A stretch of DNA of 64,000 nucleotides from an uncultured Actinomycetota bacterium (GTDB lineage Bacteria; Actinomycetota; Actinomycetes; CAVWCF01), in NCBI GenBank assembly GCA_963753435.1, contig CAVWCF010000001.1:320001-384000 (forward strand), written 5' to 3'. Under the pieces are notes generated by a model, which did no database searches, was not told the DNA's origin, and was given only the letters and a program-made list of their open reading frames with translations. The translations under genes and the position numbers were made by a program. Shown one piece after another: positions 43,605 through 53,958 of this stretch (within the stretch, counting starts at the first letter, position 1; every line of letters begins with the position of its first letter).

Positions 43605-44883
43605 GTGCGGCGAGTTGCTTTGGTGCTGCTCACCACAATCGTCGGAGCCCTGTCTCGCGGTCCTCATCCCCTCGGTCGCGCACGCCGAAGGTGAGCAGCT
43701 CACCCTGGTAGTGCAGGACCAGGCGGAGCGAACCCCTATCCCGGGCGTCAAGTTCACGGTTACCGGCGAGGGCTTCGAAGAGGAGGCTGAAACCGGAGAC
43801 GATGGTCGCGCCGTCGTGCCCCTCCCCGGCGACGGCACCTTCACAGCTGAGATCGACACCGGTTCGCTGCCTGAAGGTGTCGGCCTGACCGACCCGGAGG
43901 CGACCAGCCGCGAAAAGGTCGTTCTGGTCGGGCAATCAACCACACTGCTCTTTCCTGTGGGTGAAGGGCTTTCCAGCGGCGGGGCCATCTGGGAACGCGG
44001 CCAACAGCTTTTTGCCGACGGCATCGTGTTCGGTCTGATCATCGCGCTTGCAGCGGTCGGGCTCTCGCTGATCTTCGGTACCACCGGTCTGACCAACTTC
44101 GCCCACGGCGAGTTGGTCACTTTCGGCGCCGTGATCGCGCTGTTCTTCAACATCGTCTTCACTGCCGGGCCATTTCCGGTGACCCTGCTCTTGGCCGCCC
44201 CGCTCGCGGTTCTCGCCGGGGGGCTGTTCGGCAGCGCCCAGGACAAGTTCTTCTGGCGGCCCTTGCGGCGGCGCGGCACCGGGCTTATCGCTTTGCTCGT
44301 CGTCTCGATCGGCCTCAGCATCTTCCTGCGCTACCTCTTCCTGTTCCTCACGGGCGGGCAACGTCGCGCCTACGCGCAATTCCAGGGTCAATCGGGCATC
44401 GAGATCGGCGCGATCGACATCACCCCGCGCGCGATGGTGAGCGCGGCAATCGCCTTGACCGCGTGTGTGCTGGTTGGGCTGTGGTTGCTGCGCACGCGCA
44501 TGGGCAAGGCCACGCGCGCGGTCTCGGACAACCCGGCGCTGGCATCCGCCTCCGGCATCGACGTCGATCGCGTGATCAACGTGGTTTGGTTCCTCGGTGC
44601 CGGGCTGGCCGCTCTTGCCGGCGTGATCCTGGCGCTGATCGAGCAGTACAGCTTCGACATGGGCTTCAAGATCCTGTTGCTCATATTCGCAGCCGTGGTT
44701 GTTGGCGGCCTGGGTACGGCCTTCGGCGCCATGGTCGGTGGCCTGCTGGTGGGCCTGACCATCCAGCTCAGCACGCTCATCATCCCAAGCGAGCTGAAGA
44801 ACGTTGGCGCTCTCGGGATCATGATCGTCGTGCTGCTCATCAGACCGCAGGGGCTCCTCGGCCGACGCGAGCGGGTGGGGTGA
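43605..44883 (+). CDS. livH: Branched-chain amino acid ABC permease (LivH-like) with extracytoplasmic N-terminal domain; apparent frameshift near 43653
   Basis: GLSLIFGTTGLTNFAHGE, GKATRAVSDN, RPQGLLG; GAGGTGG RBS + GTG 43605 signal peptide joins the long ORF if one T is removed. Confidence 0.88.
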
Positions 44884-44890
44884 CGCGCTG

Positions 44891-45877
44891 ATGGATTATT
44901 CGCTTGCGTTCAGCAACGGCCTCGCTGCGGCTATCGGTGTTCAAGCAGTCATCTACTGCCTCGCCGCCATCGGTCTGAACGTCCACTTCGGCTACACCGG
45001 GCTGCTGAACTTCGGCCAGGCGGCCTTCCTGGCGGTTGCCGCATACGGGGTGGCGGTCACCGTTGCCACGATCGGCTGGTCGTTCTGGATCGGCATCGTG
45101 ATCGGGCTCGTTGCCGCGGTTGTCCTCGCGCTGCTGCTCGGCATACCAACGCTGCGGCTACGCGCTGATTATCTGGCCATCGTGACGATCTCGGCTGCCG
45201 AGATCATTCGCTTGCTCGTGCGTTCAGTGACCTACCGGGAGTACTTCGGCGGTTCCGATGGCATTACCCAGTTCGCCGACGACTTCTACGCGGTGAACCC
45301 ATTCAACGCTTCCAGCTACGACCTCGGACCGATCACCTTCAGCGATCGACAGATGTGGGTCATAACCGTTGGCTGGGTCCTGGTGGCGGCCTCCAGCATC
45401 CTTGTGCTGCTCCTGATGCGCAGCCCCTGGGGGCGGGTGATCAAGGGCATCCGAGAAGATGAAGACGCGGTGCGGTCCCTCGGCAAGAACGTCTACTTCT
45501 ACAAGATGCAGAGTCTGGTGCTTGGCGGTGTGCTCGGCGCGCTCGGCGGCTTCATCTTCGCGATCGCCAACCAGTCCGTGCAGGCCGACAACTACTCGCC
45601 CGAGTTCACGTTCTTCGCCTACACGATCCTCATCCTCGGCGGCGCGGCCCGCGTTATGGGCCCGATCATCGGTGCCATGATCTTCTGGTTCCTGTTGGCG
45701 ATCACTGACAACCTGCTCTTCCAGGCAGTCAACTCCGACACGATCACTTTCATCACGACCACGCAGGTCGGCGCAATTCGGTTCATGATGGTGGGGTTGG
45801 CGCTGACAGTTCTGATGATCTATCGCCCACAGGGTTTGATCGGCGATCGTAGGGAGGTGCTGCTCGATGCCCGCTGA
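44891..45877 (+). CDS. livM: Branched-chain amino acid ABC permease (LivM-like)
   Basis: GYTGLLNFGQ, LRLRADYLAIVT, SPWGR..IREDE. Confidence 0.92.
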   Translation: MDYSLAFSNGLAAAIGVQAVIYCLAAIGLNVHFGYTGLLNFGQAAFLAVAAYGVAVTVATIGWSFWIGIVIGLVAAVVLALLLGIPTLRLRADYLAIVTISAAEIIRLLVRSVTYREYFGGSDGITQFADDFYAVNPFNASSYDLGPITFSDRQMWVITVGWVLVAASSILVLLLMRSPWGRVIKGIREDEDAVRSLGKNVYFYKMQSLVLGGVLGALGGFIFAIANQSVQADNYSPEFTFFAYTILILGGAARVMGPIIGAMIFWFLLAITDNLLFQAVNSDTITFITTTQVGAIRFMMVGLALTVLMIYRPQGLIGDRREVLLDAR

Positions 45878-46805
45878 CGCCACTGCAGTCGGCCGCGAGG
45901 CCGCCGTGGCCGCCCTCGCGTCGGTGCCGCACGAGCCCGGGATCGCCAAGCCTGATCCGATCCTCGTGGCGGACAAAGTGATTCGGCAGTTCGGTGGACT
46001 GACCGCTGTGGACGTCGAGCACCTGGAAGTCCAACGGGGCGCCATCACTGCATTGATCGGCCCCAACGGTGCGGGCAAGTCGACCTTCTTCAACGTGGTG
46101 TCCGGCTTCGACAGCAACGACGGCGGCAAGTGGACGTACAACGGCACCGAGATTCAGGGTCGGCCCGCCTACCGCGTGGCCCGCGCCGGCATGGTCCGGA
46201 CCTTTCAGCTGACCAAGGCGCTCACCCGCTTGACGGTGATCGAGAACATGCGCCTGGGCGCCACCGGTCAGGGCGGAGAGACTTTCTGGAGGGCGGTCTT
46301 CCCCTTCCTCTGGCGCGGCCAAGAGGACGCGATCACCGTTCGGGCCGACGAACTGTTGCAGCGGTTCAACCTCGCCGAGAAGCGCGAGGACTTCGCCGGC
46401 AGCCTTTCCGGGGGCCAGCGCAAACTCCTGGAGATGGCCCGGGCGCTGATGGTCCAGCCCGAATTGGTCATGCTCGACGAGCCGATGGCTGGGGTGAACC
46501 CGGCATTGACCCAGTCGTTGCTTCAGCACGTCAAGGACCTCCGCGAAGAGGGAATGACAGTTCTGTTCGTGGAGCACGACATGGACATGGTGCGAGACAT
46601 CAGCGACTGGGTGGTGGTGATGGCTGAGGGACGCATCATCGCCGAAGGACCACCCGAGGTGATCATGCGCAATCAGGCCGTCATCGATGCCTACCTTGGT
46701 TCCCATCACGACCAGCCCATAACCCCGGAACAGGAGCAGGAGTACCTCGCCGAGGACGAGCGCGCCGAAGGTCGGGGCCTACTGGGGGGCGAGGAGAACC
46801 AGTGA
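45867..46805 (+). CDS. livG: Branched-chain amino acid ABC ATP-binding protein (LivG-like)
   Basis: FGGLTAV, GPNGAGKST, RTFQ, LDEPMAG, VIDAYLG. Confidence 0.92.
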   Translation: MPADATAVGREAAVAALASVPHEPGIAKPDPILVADKVIRQFGGLTAVDVEHLEVQRGAITALIGPNGAGKSTFFNVVSGFDSNDGGKWTYNGTEIQGRPAYRVARAGMVRTFQLTKALTRLTVIENMRLGATGQGGETFWRAVFPFLWRGQEDAITVRADELLQRFNLAEKREDFAGSLSGGQRKLLEMARALMVQPELVMLDEPMAGVNPALTQSLLQHVKDLREEGMTVLFVEHDMDMVRDISDWVVVMAEGRIIAEGPPEVIMRNQAVIDAYLGSHHDQPITPEQEQEYLAEDERAEGRGLLGGEENQ

Positions 46806-47587
46806 GTAACGAGTCCGGCGGCGCCCGCGAGATCATCGGCCGTGACGACCATCTCGCGGATTCCTCGGCCGGCCTGGTTCGCGCTGACGAACTCGTTGCG
46901 GGCTACCTCCCGGGCGTGAACATCCTCAATGGGTGCGATTTCTACGCCGACGACGGGGAACTGGTCGGCATCATCGGCCCCAACGGTGCCGGCAAGTCCA
47001 CCCTGCTCAAGGCGATGTTCGGCCTCGTCAAGATCTCATCGGGCACTGTGACCCTGCGCGGCGAAGAGATCACGAATCTCAAGGCGGACAAGTTGGTGCG
47101 CAAAGGCATCGGCTTCGTTCCCCAGACGAACAACGTATTCCCGTCGCTGACCATCGAAGAGAACCTGCAGATGGGCCTCTACCAGGCCCCGGACAAGTTC
47201 TCCGAGCGATTCGAGTTCGTCTGCAGCCTCTTCCCGGCCCTGGCGGACCGCCGCAAGCAGCGGGCCGGATCACTTTCGGGTGGCGAACGACAGATGGTGG
47301 CCATGAGCCGCGCCCTGATGATGGACCCGGCGGTGCTTCTGCTCGACGAACCATCGGCCGGCCTCTCCCCCGCGCTACAAGATGAAGTCTTCATCCGCAC
47401 CAAGCAGATCAACCGCGCCGGCGTCACGGTGATCATGGTCGAGCAGAACGCGCGGCGTTGCCTTCAGATCTGTGACCGGGGCTACGTGCTGGACCAGGGT
47501 CGTAACGCCTACAGCGGCAGCGGCCAAGAACTCATGCACGACCCGAAGGTGATCGAGTTGTACCTCGGGACCCTTGCCCAGGCCTGA
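46802..47587 (+). CDS. livF: Branched-chain amino acid ABC ATP-binding protein (LivF-like)
   Basis: GPNGAGKST, LSGGERQM, LDEPSAGL, VEQNA, YLG. Confidence 0.92.
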   Translation: MSNESGGAREIIGRDDHLADSSAGLVRADELVAGYLPGVNILNGCDFYADDGELVGIIGPNGAGKSTLLKAMFGLVKISSGTVTLRGEEITNLKADKLVRKGIGFVPQTNNVFPSLTIEENLQMGLYQAPDKFSERFEFVCSLFPALADRRKQRAGSLSGGERQMVAMSRALMMDPAVLLLDEPSAGLSPALQDEVFIRTKQINRAGVTVIMVEQNARRCLQICDRGYVLDQGRNAYSGSGQELMHDPKVIELYLGTLAQA

Positions 47588-47619
47588 GCGGGTCTCCGCG
47601 CCTCACTTTTGAACTGCCC

Positions 47620-47638
47620 CCCGAGCCCACCGCTCGGG
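47620..47638 (+). terminator. Possible terminator after livF
   Basis: CCCGAGC-CCACC-GCTCGGG followed by TGTT. Confidence 0.45.
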
Positions 47639-47692
47639 TGTTGAGCCGATGTCATCTGCCCCGGTCCTGCTTATCTTTCGGGGCGCCAAACA

Positions 47693-47726
47693 CACGTGGG
47701 GCCCGGCTTGCGCCGGGCCCCACGTG
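47693..47726 (-). terminator. Intrinsic terminator of the livK-like gene
   Basis: Minus strand CACGTGGGGCCCGGC-GCAA-GCCGGGCCCCACGTG followed by TGTTT. Confidence 0.85.
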
Positions 47727-47742
47727 AACAGCTGGTGCTAGG

Positions 47743-49014
47743 TCAGCCTTCGACCGGAGGCACCGGGCCGCTGATGTACTGAACGGCAGTGGACGGATAC
47801 GTGTTGTCCGGTCCGAACTCGTAGATGCCCATGGTGGCAAACGTCGGGTCACCGTTCTCGCCGAACTCGATCGGGCCGGAGACACCTTCGTAGTCGATGT
47901 CCTTGCCCTCGTCGAGCAGCGCCTTGCAGTCGGCGAAGTTGTCGCACTGTTCGCCCTCGGTGCTGACGGCCTGCAGTTGCGAGGCAATGGCTTCCCCGTT
48001 GTCGCTACCAGCCGCGATTGCGGCCAGCGCCGTCAGGATGACCGCGTCGTAGGACTCCGCCGCGTAGGAGAAGTCGGTCAGAGCGGGGTCGATCGCAAGC
48101 AGACGGTCGCGGAACTCCTGCGGGGCCTCGGCACCGGGCAGAGTTCCCTTCGTGCCCTCCATGATCCCGGCGGGCAGGCCGTCGGCGATCGTGTTGGACA
48201 GGTTGCCGTCAACCAAGTACAGCTTCTTGTTGTCCGGCCCGATGCCCTGCTTGATGAGCTCCTGCAGGATGGTCTTGGACTCCTCGAAGCCAATCAGCAC
48301 GATTGCGTCGGGGTTCTCCGAAGCAGCCTGGCTGACCTCAGCGGAGAAGTTCGCCGCCTTGGGGTCGTAGATCTGCTTGCTGGTGATCGTGCCGCCACCC
48401 TCGGTGAAGTTCGTTTCGAACGAGTTGGCCAGGCCTTCGCCGTAGGCGTCCTGCAGAGCCAGGATCGCGGCCGAGCCGTTGCCCTCGTCCAGCGCCAACG
48501 TGGCGAGAACGGAACCCTGCAACGTGTCCGGCGGGGCGGTACGCCAGTACAGGCCACCGTCGTCGTAGGTGGACAGCGCGATCGACGTGTTCGCCGGCGA
48601 GAACTGGACCACGCCAGCGCCGGTGATCTTGTCGATGACGGTTAGGGAGACCGACGAGGAAGCCGCACCGATGATGGTGTCAGCGTTCTCGCTGAGAAGC
48701 CGGTCGACGGTCTGGTTGGCGATGTCGGTCGAGGTGTCACCGGAGTCGCCCTGCGAGATCACGACGTCCTTGCCGTCGTAACCGCCGCCCTCATTGATCT
48801 CCTGGATGGCCAATTCGGTGCCGGCGATCTCGGGTGGGCCGAGGAATGCGAGCGAGCCGGTGACCGGCAGAATCGTGCCGATGGTCAGCGTGCCATCACC
48901 AGCCGGAACATCAGCGGCGTCGTCCGAGCCGCCGTCGTCCGACGAGCACGCAGACAGCACCAGGGCCGCTGCGCCGGCGACCGCGAGCGACCGCCACATG
49001 GTGGTTCGGGTCAT
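47743..49014 (-). CDS. livK: Branched-chain amino acid ABC substrate-binding lipoprotein (LivK-like)
   Basis: LSAC lipobox, LPVTGSLAFLG, GAASS, RTAPPD, YDA; AAGGAGAG RBS. Confidence 0.9.
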   Translation of the reverse strand: MTRTTMWRSLAVAGAAALVLSACSSDDGGSDDAADVPAGDGTLTIGTILPVTGSLAFLGPPEIAGTELAIQEINEGGGYDGKDVVISQGDSGDTSTDIANQTVDRLLSENADTIIGAASSSVSLTVIDKITGAGVVQFSPANTSIALSTYDDGGLYWRTAPPDTLQGSVLATLALDEGNGSAAILALQDAYGEGLANSFETNFTEGGGTITSKQIYDPKAANFSAEVSQAASENPDAIVLIGFEESKTILQELIKQGIGPDNKKLYLVDGNLSNTIADGLPAGIMEGTKGTLPGAEAPQEFRDRLLAIDPALTDFSYAAESYDAVILTALAAIAAGSDNGEAIASQLQAVSTEGEQCDNFADCKALLDEGKDIDYEGVSGPIEFGENGDPTFATMGIYEFGPDNTYPSTAVQYISGPVPPVEG

Positions 49015-49120
49015 GAACCCTCTCCTTACATGACAAACCGGACCGGAACTCCCGGTCCTAAGGTGAACCTAACGCCACCGCCGCCGGAACGCTGCGTGAA
49101 CCCCATGGCGCAACCAGGTC

Positions 49121-49136
49121 GTTGCCGCATTGTTAC
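49121..49136 (-). promoter_or_regulatory. Possible GlnR box upstream of livK
   Basis: Minus strand GTAAC-N6-GCAAC resembles the GlnR a-b site gTnAc-N6-GaAAc. Confidence 0.4.
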
Positions 49137-49165
49137 CTTGGCCGCCGGTCATCAGGCGTCTAGGC

Positions 49166-49744
49166 CTAGTCGGACTGCGAGCTGATCAGTTGTTCAGCGA
49201 TCTCCCGCATTGAGGTGCGCCGATCCATGGCCTGCTTCTGGATCCACCGGAAGGCCTCCGGTTCGCTGAGCCCGTCTCGTTCTTGCAGGAGCGACTTGGC
49301 CCGATCCAGCGACTTGCGGGTAGCCAGCCTCTCGCTGAGGTCCGCGGCCTCAGCCGCCAGCGCAGCCGCTTCGCTGTGTCGGGCCACGGCAACCTCGATG
49401 GCGGGAACCAGGTCGGCCTTGGTGAACGGCTTCACGAGGTAGGCGGCCGCACCGGCCGCCACCGCGCGATCGACCAGGTCGCGCTGGGAGAAGGCCGTCA
49501 GGATCAGAACTGGGGCCCACCCTTCGGTCGTGATGCGTTCAGCCGCGGAGATGCCGTCCAGCACGGGCATCTTCACGTCGAGGATGACCAGGTCGGGTCG
49601 ATGGCGTTGGGCCAGATCGACGGCAGCTGCCCCGTCGCCGGCCTGCGCCACGACGGTGTAGCCCTCCTCCGCGAGCATCTCGACCAGATCCAGGCGGATG
49701 AGGGCTTCGTCCTCAGCGACGACGACTCGTCGGGTGTCGGCCAC
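49166..49744 (-). CDS. pdtaR: ANTAR-domain response regulator (PdtaR-like)
   Basis: Receiver (AEDE, LDVKMP, YLVKP) plus ANTAR (RKSLDRAK..EPEAFRWIQKQAMDRR); TAGCCT-N6-GTG start. Confidence 0.9.
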   Translation of the reverse strand: MADTRRVVVAEDEALIRLDLVEMLAEEGYTVVAQAGDGAAAVDLAQRHRPDLVILDVKMPVLDGISAAERITTEGWAPVLILTAFSQRDLVDRAVAAGAAAYLVKPFTKADLVPAIEVAVARHSEAAALAAEAADLSERLATRKSLDRAKSLLQERDGLSEPEAFRWIQKQAMDRRTSMREIAEQLISSQSD

Positions 49745-49781
49745 GGCAGGAGGCTAACCGCGCCGGGTACGCTGCTCCCGC

Positions 49782-49855
49782 GCCCCGGTACTCCAACTGG
49801 TAGAGAGGGCGGTCTCAAACACCGCACAGTGTGGGTTCGAATCCCACCCGGGGTA
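49782..49855 (+). tRNA. tRNA-Leu(CAA), short variable loop, CCA not encoded
   Basis: Acceptor GCCCCGG/CCGGGGT, anticodon arm GCGGT-CTCAAAC-ACCGC, T arm GTGGG-TTCGAAT-CCCAC, discriminator A. Confidence 0.93.
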
Positions 49856-49856
49856 C

Positions 49857-50258
49857 TCAACCGTCAGCGTTGCCGTGCTGACGCTGTACTGCGCCCAGCA
49901 CCCCGTTGACGAAGCCCGGGGACTCATCGGTGGACAGCTCCGAAGCCAGCCGCACCGCCTCGGCGACGACCACCGCGTCCGGCACGTTGTCTTCGTACCG
50001 CATTTCGTAGACCGCCAGCCGCAGGATGCAGCGATCCACCGCCGGCATCCGATGCAGCGACCAATCGCGTGCGTGCTCGACGATCGCGGCGTCGAGTTCG
50101 CCTTGGCGTTCAGCGACCCCGCGAGCGAGTTGCACGCCGTAGTCGCTGGCGTCTACCTCGGGCCGCGAATCAAGAACGTCCGAGATCGAGACGCCGCGTT
50201 GGTCGGATTCAAAGAGGAGATCCAGCGCTCGTTTGCGGGCTTTGCCCCGAGCGGTCAT
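49857..50258 (-). CDS. nusB: Transcription antitermination factor NusB
   Basis: ARGKARKRAL, WSLHRMPAVDR, EAV, FVNGVL. Confidence 0.95.
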   Translation of the reverse strand: MTARGKARKRALDLLFESDQRGVSISDVLDSRPEVDASDYGVQLARGVAERQGELDAAIVEHARDWSLHRMPAVDRCILRLAVYEMRYEDNVPDAVVVAEAVRLASELSTDESPGFVNGVLGAVQRQHGNADG

Positions 50259-50819
50259 TCAGTTCACGCGGCCCAGGTAATCGCCGCTGCGGGTGTCCAC
50301 CTTGACCTTCTCGCCGGTCGTGATGAAAAGCGGGACCTGGATGTCGAAGCCGGTCTCCAGGGTCGCGGGCTTGGTACCGCCGGAAGAACGGTCACCCTGC
50401 AAGCCCGGCTCCGTGTACTGGATGACCAGTTCGACGGCGGCCGGTAGTTCGACATACAGCGGCTGGCCTTCGTGCATGGCCACAACCGCCTCCTGGTTCT
50501 CCAGCAGGAAGTGCGAGGCATCCCCGACGGTCTCCTCGGGCACGTGGAACTGGTCGAAGGTGGAGGAATCCATGAACACGAAGTCGGAGCCCTCCCGGTA
50601 CAGGTACTGCATGGCACGGCGGTCGACCGTCGCGGTCTCCACCTTCACGCCGGCGTTGAAGGTCTTCTCCACGACCTTGCCCGAGAGCACGTTCTTCAGT
50701 TTGGTGCGTACGAAAGCCGGTCCCTTGCCGGGCTTCACGTGCTGGAACTCCACTACGGACCACAGCTGGCCGTCCAGGTTGAGCACCAGGCCGTTCTTCA
50801 GATCGTTCGTCGTCGCCAC
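50259..50819 (-). CDS. efp: Elongation factor P
   Basis: [30 protein letters not shown]. Confidence 0.97.
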   Translation of the reverse strand: MATTNDLKNGLVLNLDGQLWSVVEFQHVKPGKGPAFVRTKLKNVLSGKVVEKTFNAGVKVETATVDRRAMQYLYREGSDFVFMDSSTFDQFHVPEETVGDASHFLLENQEAVVAMHEGQPLYVELPAAVELVIQYTEPGLQGDRSSGGTKPATLETGFDIQVPLFITTGEKVKVDTRSGDYLGRVN

Positions 50820-50837
50820 GGTTCCTCCACGCGCCCG

Positions 50838-51902
50838 TCAGACGACGAGCAACTCTTTGCTGGTTCGGGTGAGTAGTTCCGGTCCGTCCCGATGCACGAT
50901 CAGCGTGTCCTCGATACGGACACCTCCCACACCTGGAAGGTAGGCACCCGGTTCGACGGTGACGGCGGAACGCTCAACGAGGGTACCCGTGCCGGTTGCC
51001 CCCAGCAGCGGCGGTTCGTGGATCTCCAGCCCGACCCCGTGACCGGTGGAGTGGGGAAAGGCATCCCCCATGCCGGCCCCGACTAGGACTGCTCGGGTGG
51101 CGGCGTCCACTTGGCGGGCCGCAACGCCGGGCGCCAGCGCCTGTCGGCCGACTCGTTGGGCTGCCCGAACCATCTGGTAGACGTCGTCCTGCCAGTCCGC
51201 CCCGTGTCGGCCGAGCAGGAACGTGCGTGTCATGTCGGCGTGATACCCGTTCACGCGCGCCCCCAGGTCACAGGTCACGAACTCTCCGGCCGCTATTGGC
51301 CGATCCGTTGGGGCGTGATGCGGCCGGGAACCGTTCGGGCCGGCCGCAACTATGGAGTCGAAGGCACGATCCTCCGCACCGCAGTCCCGCATGAGTGTTT
51401 CCAGCCGCAGGGCTATCTGCTTCTCGGTCCACCCCAACCGCACTTCGTCGAGCATTTGCGCGAAGGCGTCATCGGTGATCTCGCACGCGGCTCGTAGTTG
51501 CTGCAGCTCGTACTCGTCTTTGGGGATGCGGAGTTCTTGCAGCACCGACCCGACCCCGACAAGCTCGGCCGCTGGAACGCCCCAGGTTTGGTGTTCGGCC
51601 ACGGAAACCGCTTCGTCCTCGAACGCAACCTTGCCCTTGACCCGGTCAAGAAGCGCGAGCGCAGGTTTGCGGCTGTCGACCAGTTCGAACTCCGGCGCCT
51701 GGGTTGCCGCCTGCTCCAGATAGCGACCGTCCGTGGCCAGAGCGATGCCGCCCTCGGCCAGCAACAGCGCCCCGGCCGAGCCGACGAAGCCGGACAGGTA
51801 GCGGACGTTCACCGGAGAGGTGACCAACAGCCACTCCGCCGCGTGCGTGCGCGCAACGGCCGCAAGCGCCCGCTGTCGGCGGGAGGCGTAGTCCGGCTGC
51901 AC
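50838..51902 (-). CDS. pepQ: Xaa-Pro aminopeptidase (M24 family)
   Basis: TDGRY, DLGA..YHADMTRT, HSTGHGVGLEIHE, TVEPG, GVRIED. Confidence 0.9.
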   Translation of the reverse strand: MQPDYASRRQRALAAVARTHAAEWLLVTSPVNVRYLSGFVGSAGALLLAEGGIALATDGRYLEQAATQAPEFELVDSRKPALALLDRVKGKVAFEDEAVSVAEHQTWGVPAAELVGVGSVLQELRIPKDEYELQQLRAACEITDDAFAQMLDEVRLGWTEKQIALRLETLMRDCGAEDRAFDSIVAAGPNGSRPHHAPTDRPIAAGEFVTCDLGARVNGYHADMTRTFLLGRHGADWQDDVYQMVRAAQRVGRQALAPGVAARQVDAATRAVLVGAGMGDAFPHSTGHGVGLEIHEPPLLGATGTGTLVERSAVTVEPGAYLPGVGGVRIEDTLIVHRDGPELLTRTSKELLVV

Positions 51903-51926
51903 GCTTGCAGCCTAGGGCCGGTGCGC

Positions 51927-52373
51927 CTACTTCGGGTTGGTCTGCAGCAGCCCGGCGATCGCCTGCAGGGCGAGCAGGTAGGACAAGGTCCCAAAACCGG
52001 CGATAGTGCCGGTGGCGACTCCGGAGACAACTGAGGTGTGCCGGAACTCCTCGCGGGCAGCGGGGTTGGACAGGTGCACTTCGATCATGGGTGCGGTCAG
52101 TTGCGCGGCAGCATCCCGAAGGGCGTAGGAGTAATGCGTGAAGGCAGCCGGGTTCAGGATCACCGGGGTGGCCGCGTCCGCAGCCTCGTGCAGCCAGCGG
52201 ATCAACTCGGCCTCATCGTCTGTCTGGCGTACCTGCGCGGTCAAACCCAGTGACCGCGCTGCGGCGACCACCTCGGCCTGCAGATCCTCGTGTGTCTGGG
52301 AGCCGTAGACGTCCGGCTCGCGCGATCCGAGCCGGCCCAGATTCGGTCCGTTGAGCACCAATACCTCGGTCAC
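51927..52373 (-). CDS. aroQ: Type II 3-dehydroquinate dehydratase
   Basis: [33 protein letters not shown]. Confidence 0.96.
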   Translation of the reverse strand: MTEVLVLNGPNLGRLGSREPDVYGSQTHEDLQAEVVAAARSLGLTAQVRQTDDEAELIRWLHEAADAATPVILNPAAFTHYSYALRDAAAQLTAPMIEVHLSNPAAREEFRHTSVVSGVATGTIAGFGTLSYLLALQAIAGLLQTNPK

Positions 52374-53452
52374 CTGGCCACCTCCGCGTATGCCTGTCGA
52401 AGCATCCCCTCGTCTGTGACCGCAACAACGTCCGGCGCGCCGAGCTCTGGCAAGACGACGAAGCGCAGAGTTCGACCGCGAGCCTTCTTGTCGATGCGCA
52501 TGGCGTCCAGCAAGTCGTCCCAGCGGTCCATCGGATAGCCGACAGGCAAGTCCAAGGATCGCAGGATGTCGCGATGCCGTTTCTCGACGGCCGGGTCAAG
52601 TCCGTACCCGATGCGGCTCAGGGCGGCAGCGAACACCAGCCCGACGCTGACGGCGTCGCCGTGCCGCCACCGGTACGCCTCGACTCGTTCGATCGCGTGC
52701 CCCAACGTGTGCCCGTAGTTGAGGAACTCCCGGCGCACACCTTGAGTCGCCCGTTCGGTGAGGTCGGCGGCGACGACGGACGCCTTCACGGCGATGGCCC
52801 GCTCGATGAGTTGCTGGAGCAACGCGCGGGAGGTGGGCAGCTCCGTTGCCGGCACCCCCTCGATCAAGTCCAGGATCACCGGGTCCGCGATGAAGCCGGC
52901 CTTGACCACCTCGGCCATGCCGGCGGCCAAATCGGCGGTCGGCAGGCTGTCGAGGAAGTCGGGATCGACCACCACCGCGACCGGAGGATGAAAGGCGCCG
53001 ACCAGATTCTTGCCAGCCGCCGTATTGATCCCGGTCTTCCCGCCAATGGCCGCATCAACCATGCCCGCCAGCGTGGTCGGAACCTGGACGATGCCGATGC
53101 CGCGCAACCACGTTGCGGCCACGAACCCGGCCAAGTCGGTTGTCGCACCCCCGCCCAGACCGACGACGACATCACTCCTCGTGAAGCCGGCTTCGCCTAG
53201 GGCGGCCCAGCAGCGCTCGGCCACCTCGGCCGTCTTGGCGTGCTCCGCGTCCGGCAGATCGACGCGGAGGACCCGCCGACCGGCGCTCTGGAGTCGATCC
53301 GTGATGCGGGCGGCCGCAGCAGAGACCGCCGGGGCTGCCAGGACCGCCACCCGTGCTGCGGACTCCGGTACCGCGGCCAACACCGCAGCAGCCGCATCAA
53401 CACCGATCTGCACTTCGTAGGGCGCCGGCCCACCGACCTCGATTGTGGTCAC
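52370..53452 (-). CDS. aroB: 3-dehydroquinate synthase
   Basis: [41 protein letters not shown]. Confidence 0.96.
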   Translation of the reverse strand: MTTIEVGGPAPYEVQIGVDAAAAVLAAVPESAARVAVLAAPAVSAAAARITDRLQSAGRRVLRVDLPDAEHAKTAEVAERCWAALGEAGFTRSDVVVGLGGGATTDLAGFVAATWLRGIGIVQVPTTLAGMVDAAIGGKTGINTAAGKNLVGAFHPPVAVVVDPDFLDSLPTADLAAGMAEVVKAGFIADPVILDLIEGVPATELPTSRALLQQLIERAIAVKASVVAADLTERATQGVRREFLNYGHTLGHAIERVEAYRWRHGDAVSVGLVFAAALSRIGYGLDPAVEKRHRDILRSLDLPVGYPMDRWDDLLDAMRIDKKARGRTLRFVVLPELGAPDVVAVTDEGMLRQAYAEVAR

Positions 53453-53958
53453 TTCAGGCCTCCGAGGGCAGTCAGCACCTCGTCGACCACTTGGTCCGGG
53501 GTCAACCCGTCCGTGGCCACCCGGACCGAAGCGATCCCGGCGTACAAGGGCTCGCGTTGGTCGGCCAGTTCCTTCCACTGTGCCCGCGGGTTGCCCAGCA
53601 ACAGCGGACGGTTTCGGTTGAACCCGACCCGATCGGCCGCGTCGGGCAGTTCCACCGACAGGAAGATCACCGTGTGGTCACGGAGCGCTGCCCGAGTGTC
53701 GTCATCCAAGACAGCACCACCGCCGAGTGCCAGCACCCCGTCATGGTCGCGTAAGGCGGCGGCAACGGCGTCGCGCTCGGCTTGCCGGAACACCGCTTCG
53801 CCATCGGCAACGAATATGTCCGCCACCGAACGTCCCATGGCCGTCTCAACGTCGGCATCGGTGTCCCGGAACTCTTCCCCCAGCCGCTGAGCCAGTAACC
53901 GCCCCACCGTCGTCTTGCCCGCACCCGGAGGACCCACGATCACCGCCACCGGCGGCAT
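53449..53958 (-). CDS. aroK: Shikimate kinase
   Basis: [24 protein letters not shown]. Confidence 0.95.
   Translation of the reverse strand: MPPVAVIVGPPGAGKTTVGRLLAQRLGEEFRDTDADVETAMGRSVADIFVADGEAVFRQAERDAVAAALRDHDGVLALGGGAVLDDDTRAALRDHTVIFLSVELPDAADRVGFNRNRPLLLGNPRAQWKELADQREPLYAGIASVRVATDGLTPDQVVDEVLTALGGLK

Noticed and set aside
49015-49165. ANTAR dual stem-loop target upstream of livK
   Set aside because: Only one clear hairpin (GGACCGG-N5-CCGGTCC); no tandem hexaloop pair seen
49782-49900. Integrative element at tRNA-Leu
   Set aside because: No integrase nearby and I saw no duplicated tRNA 3' end in the window
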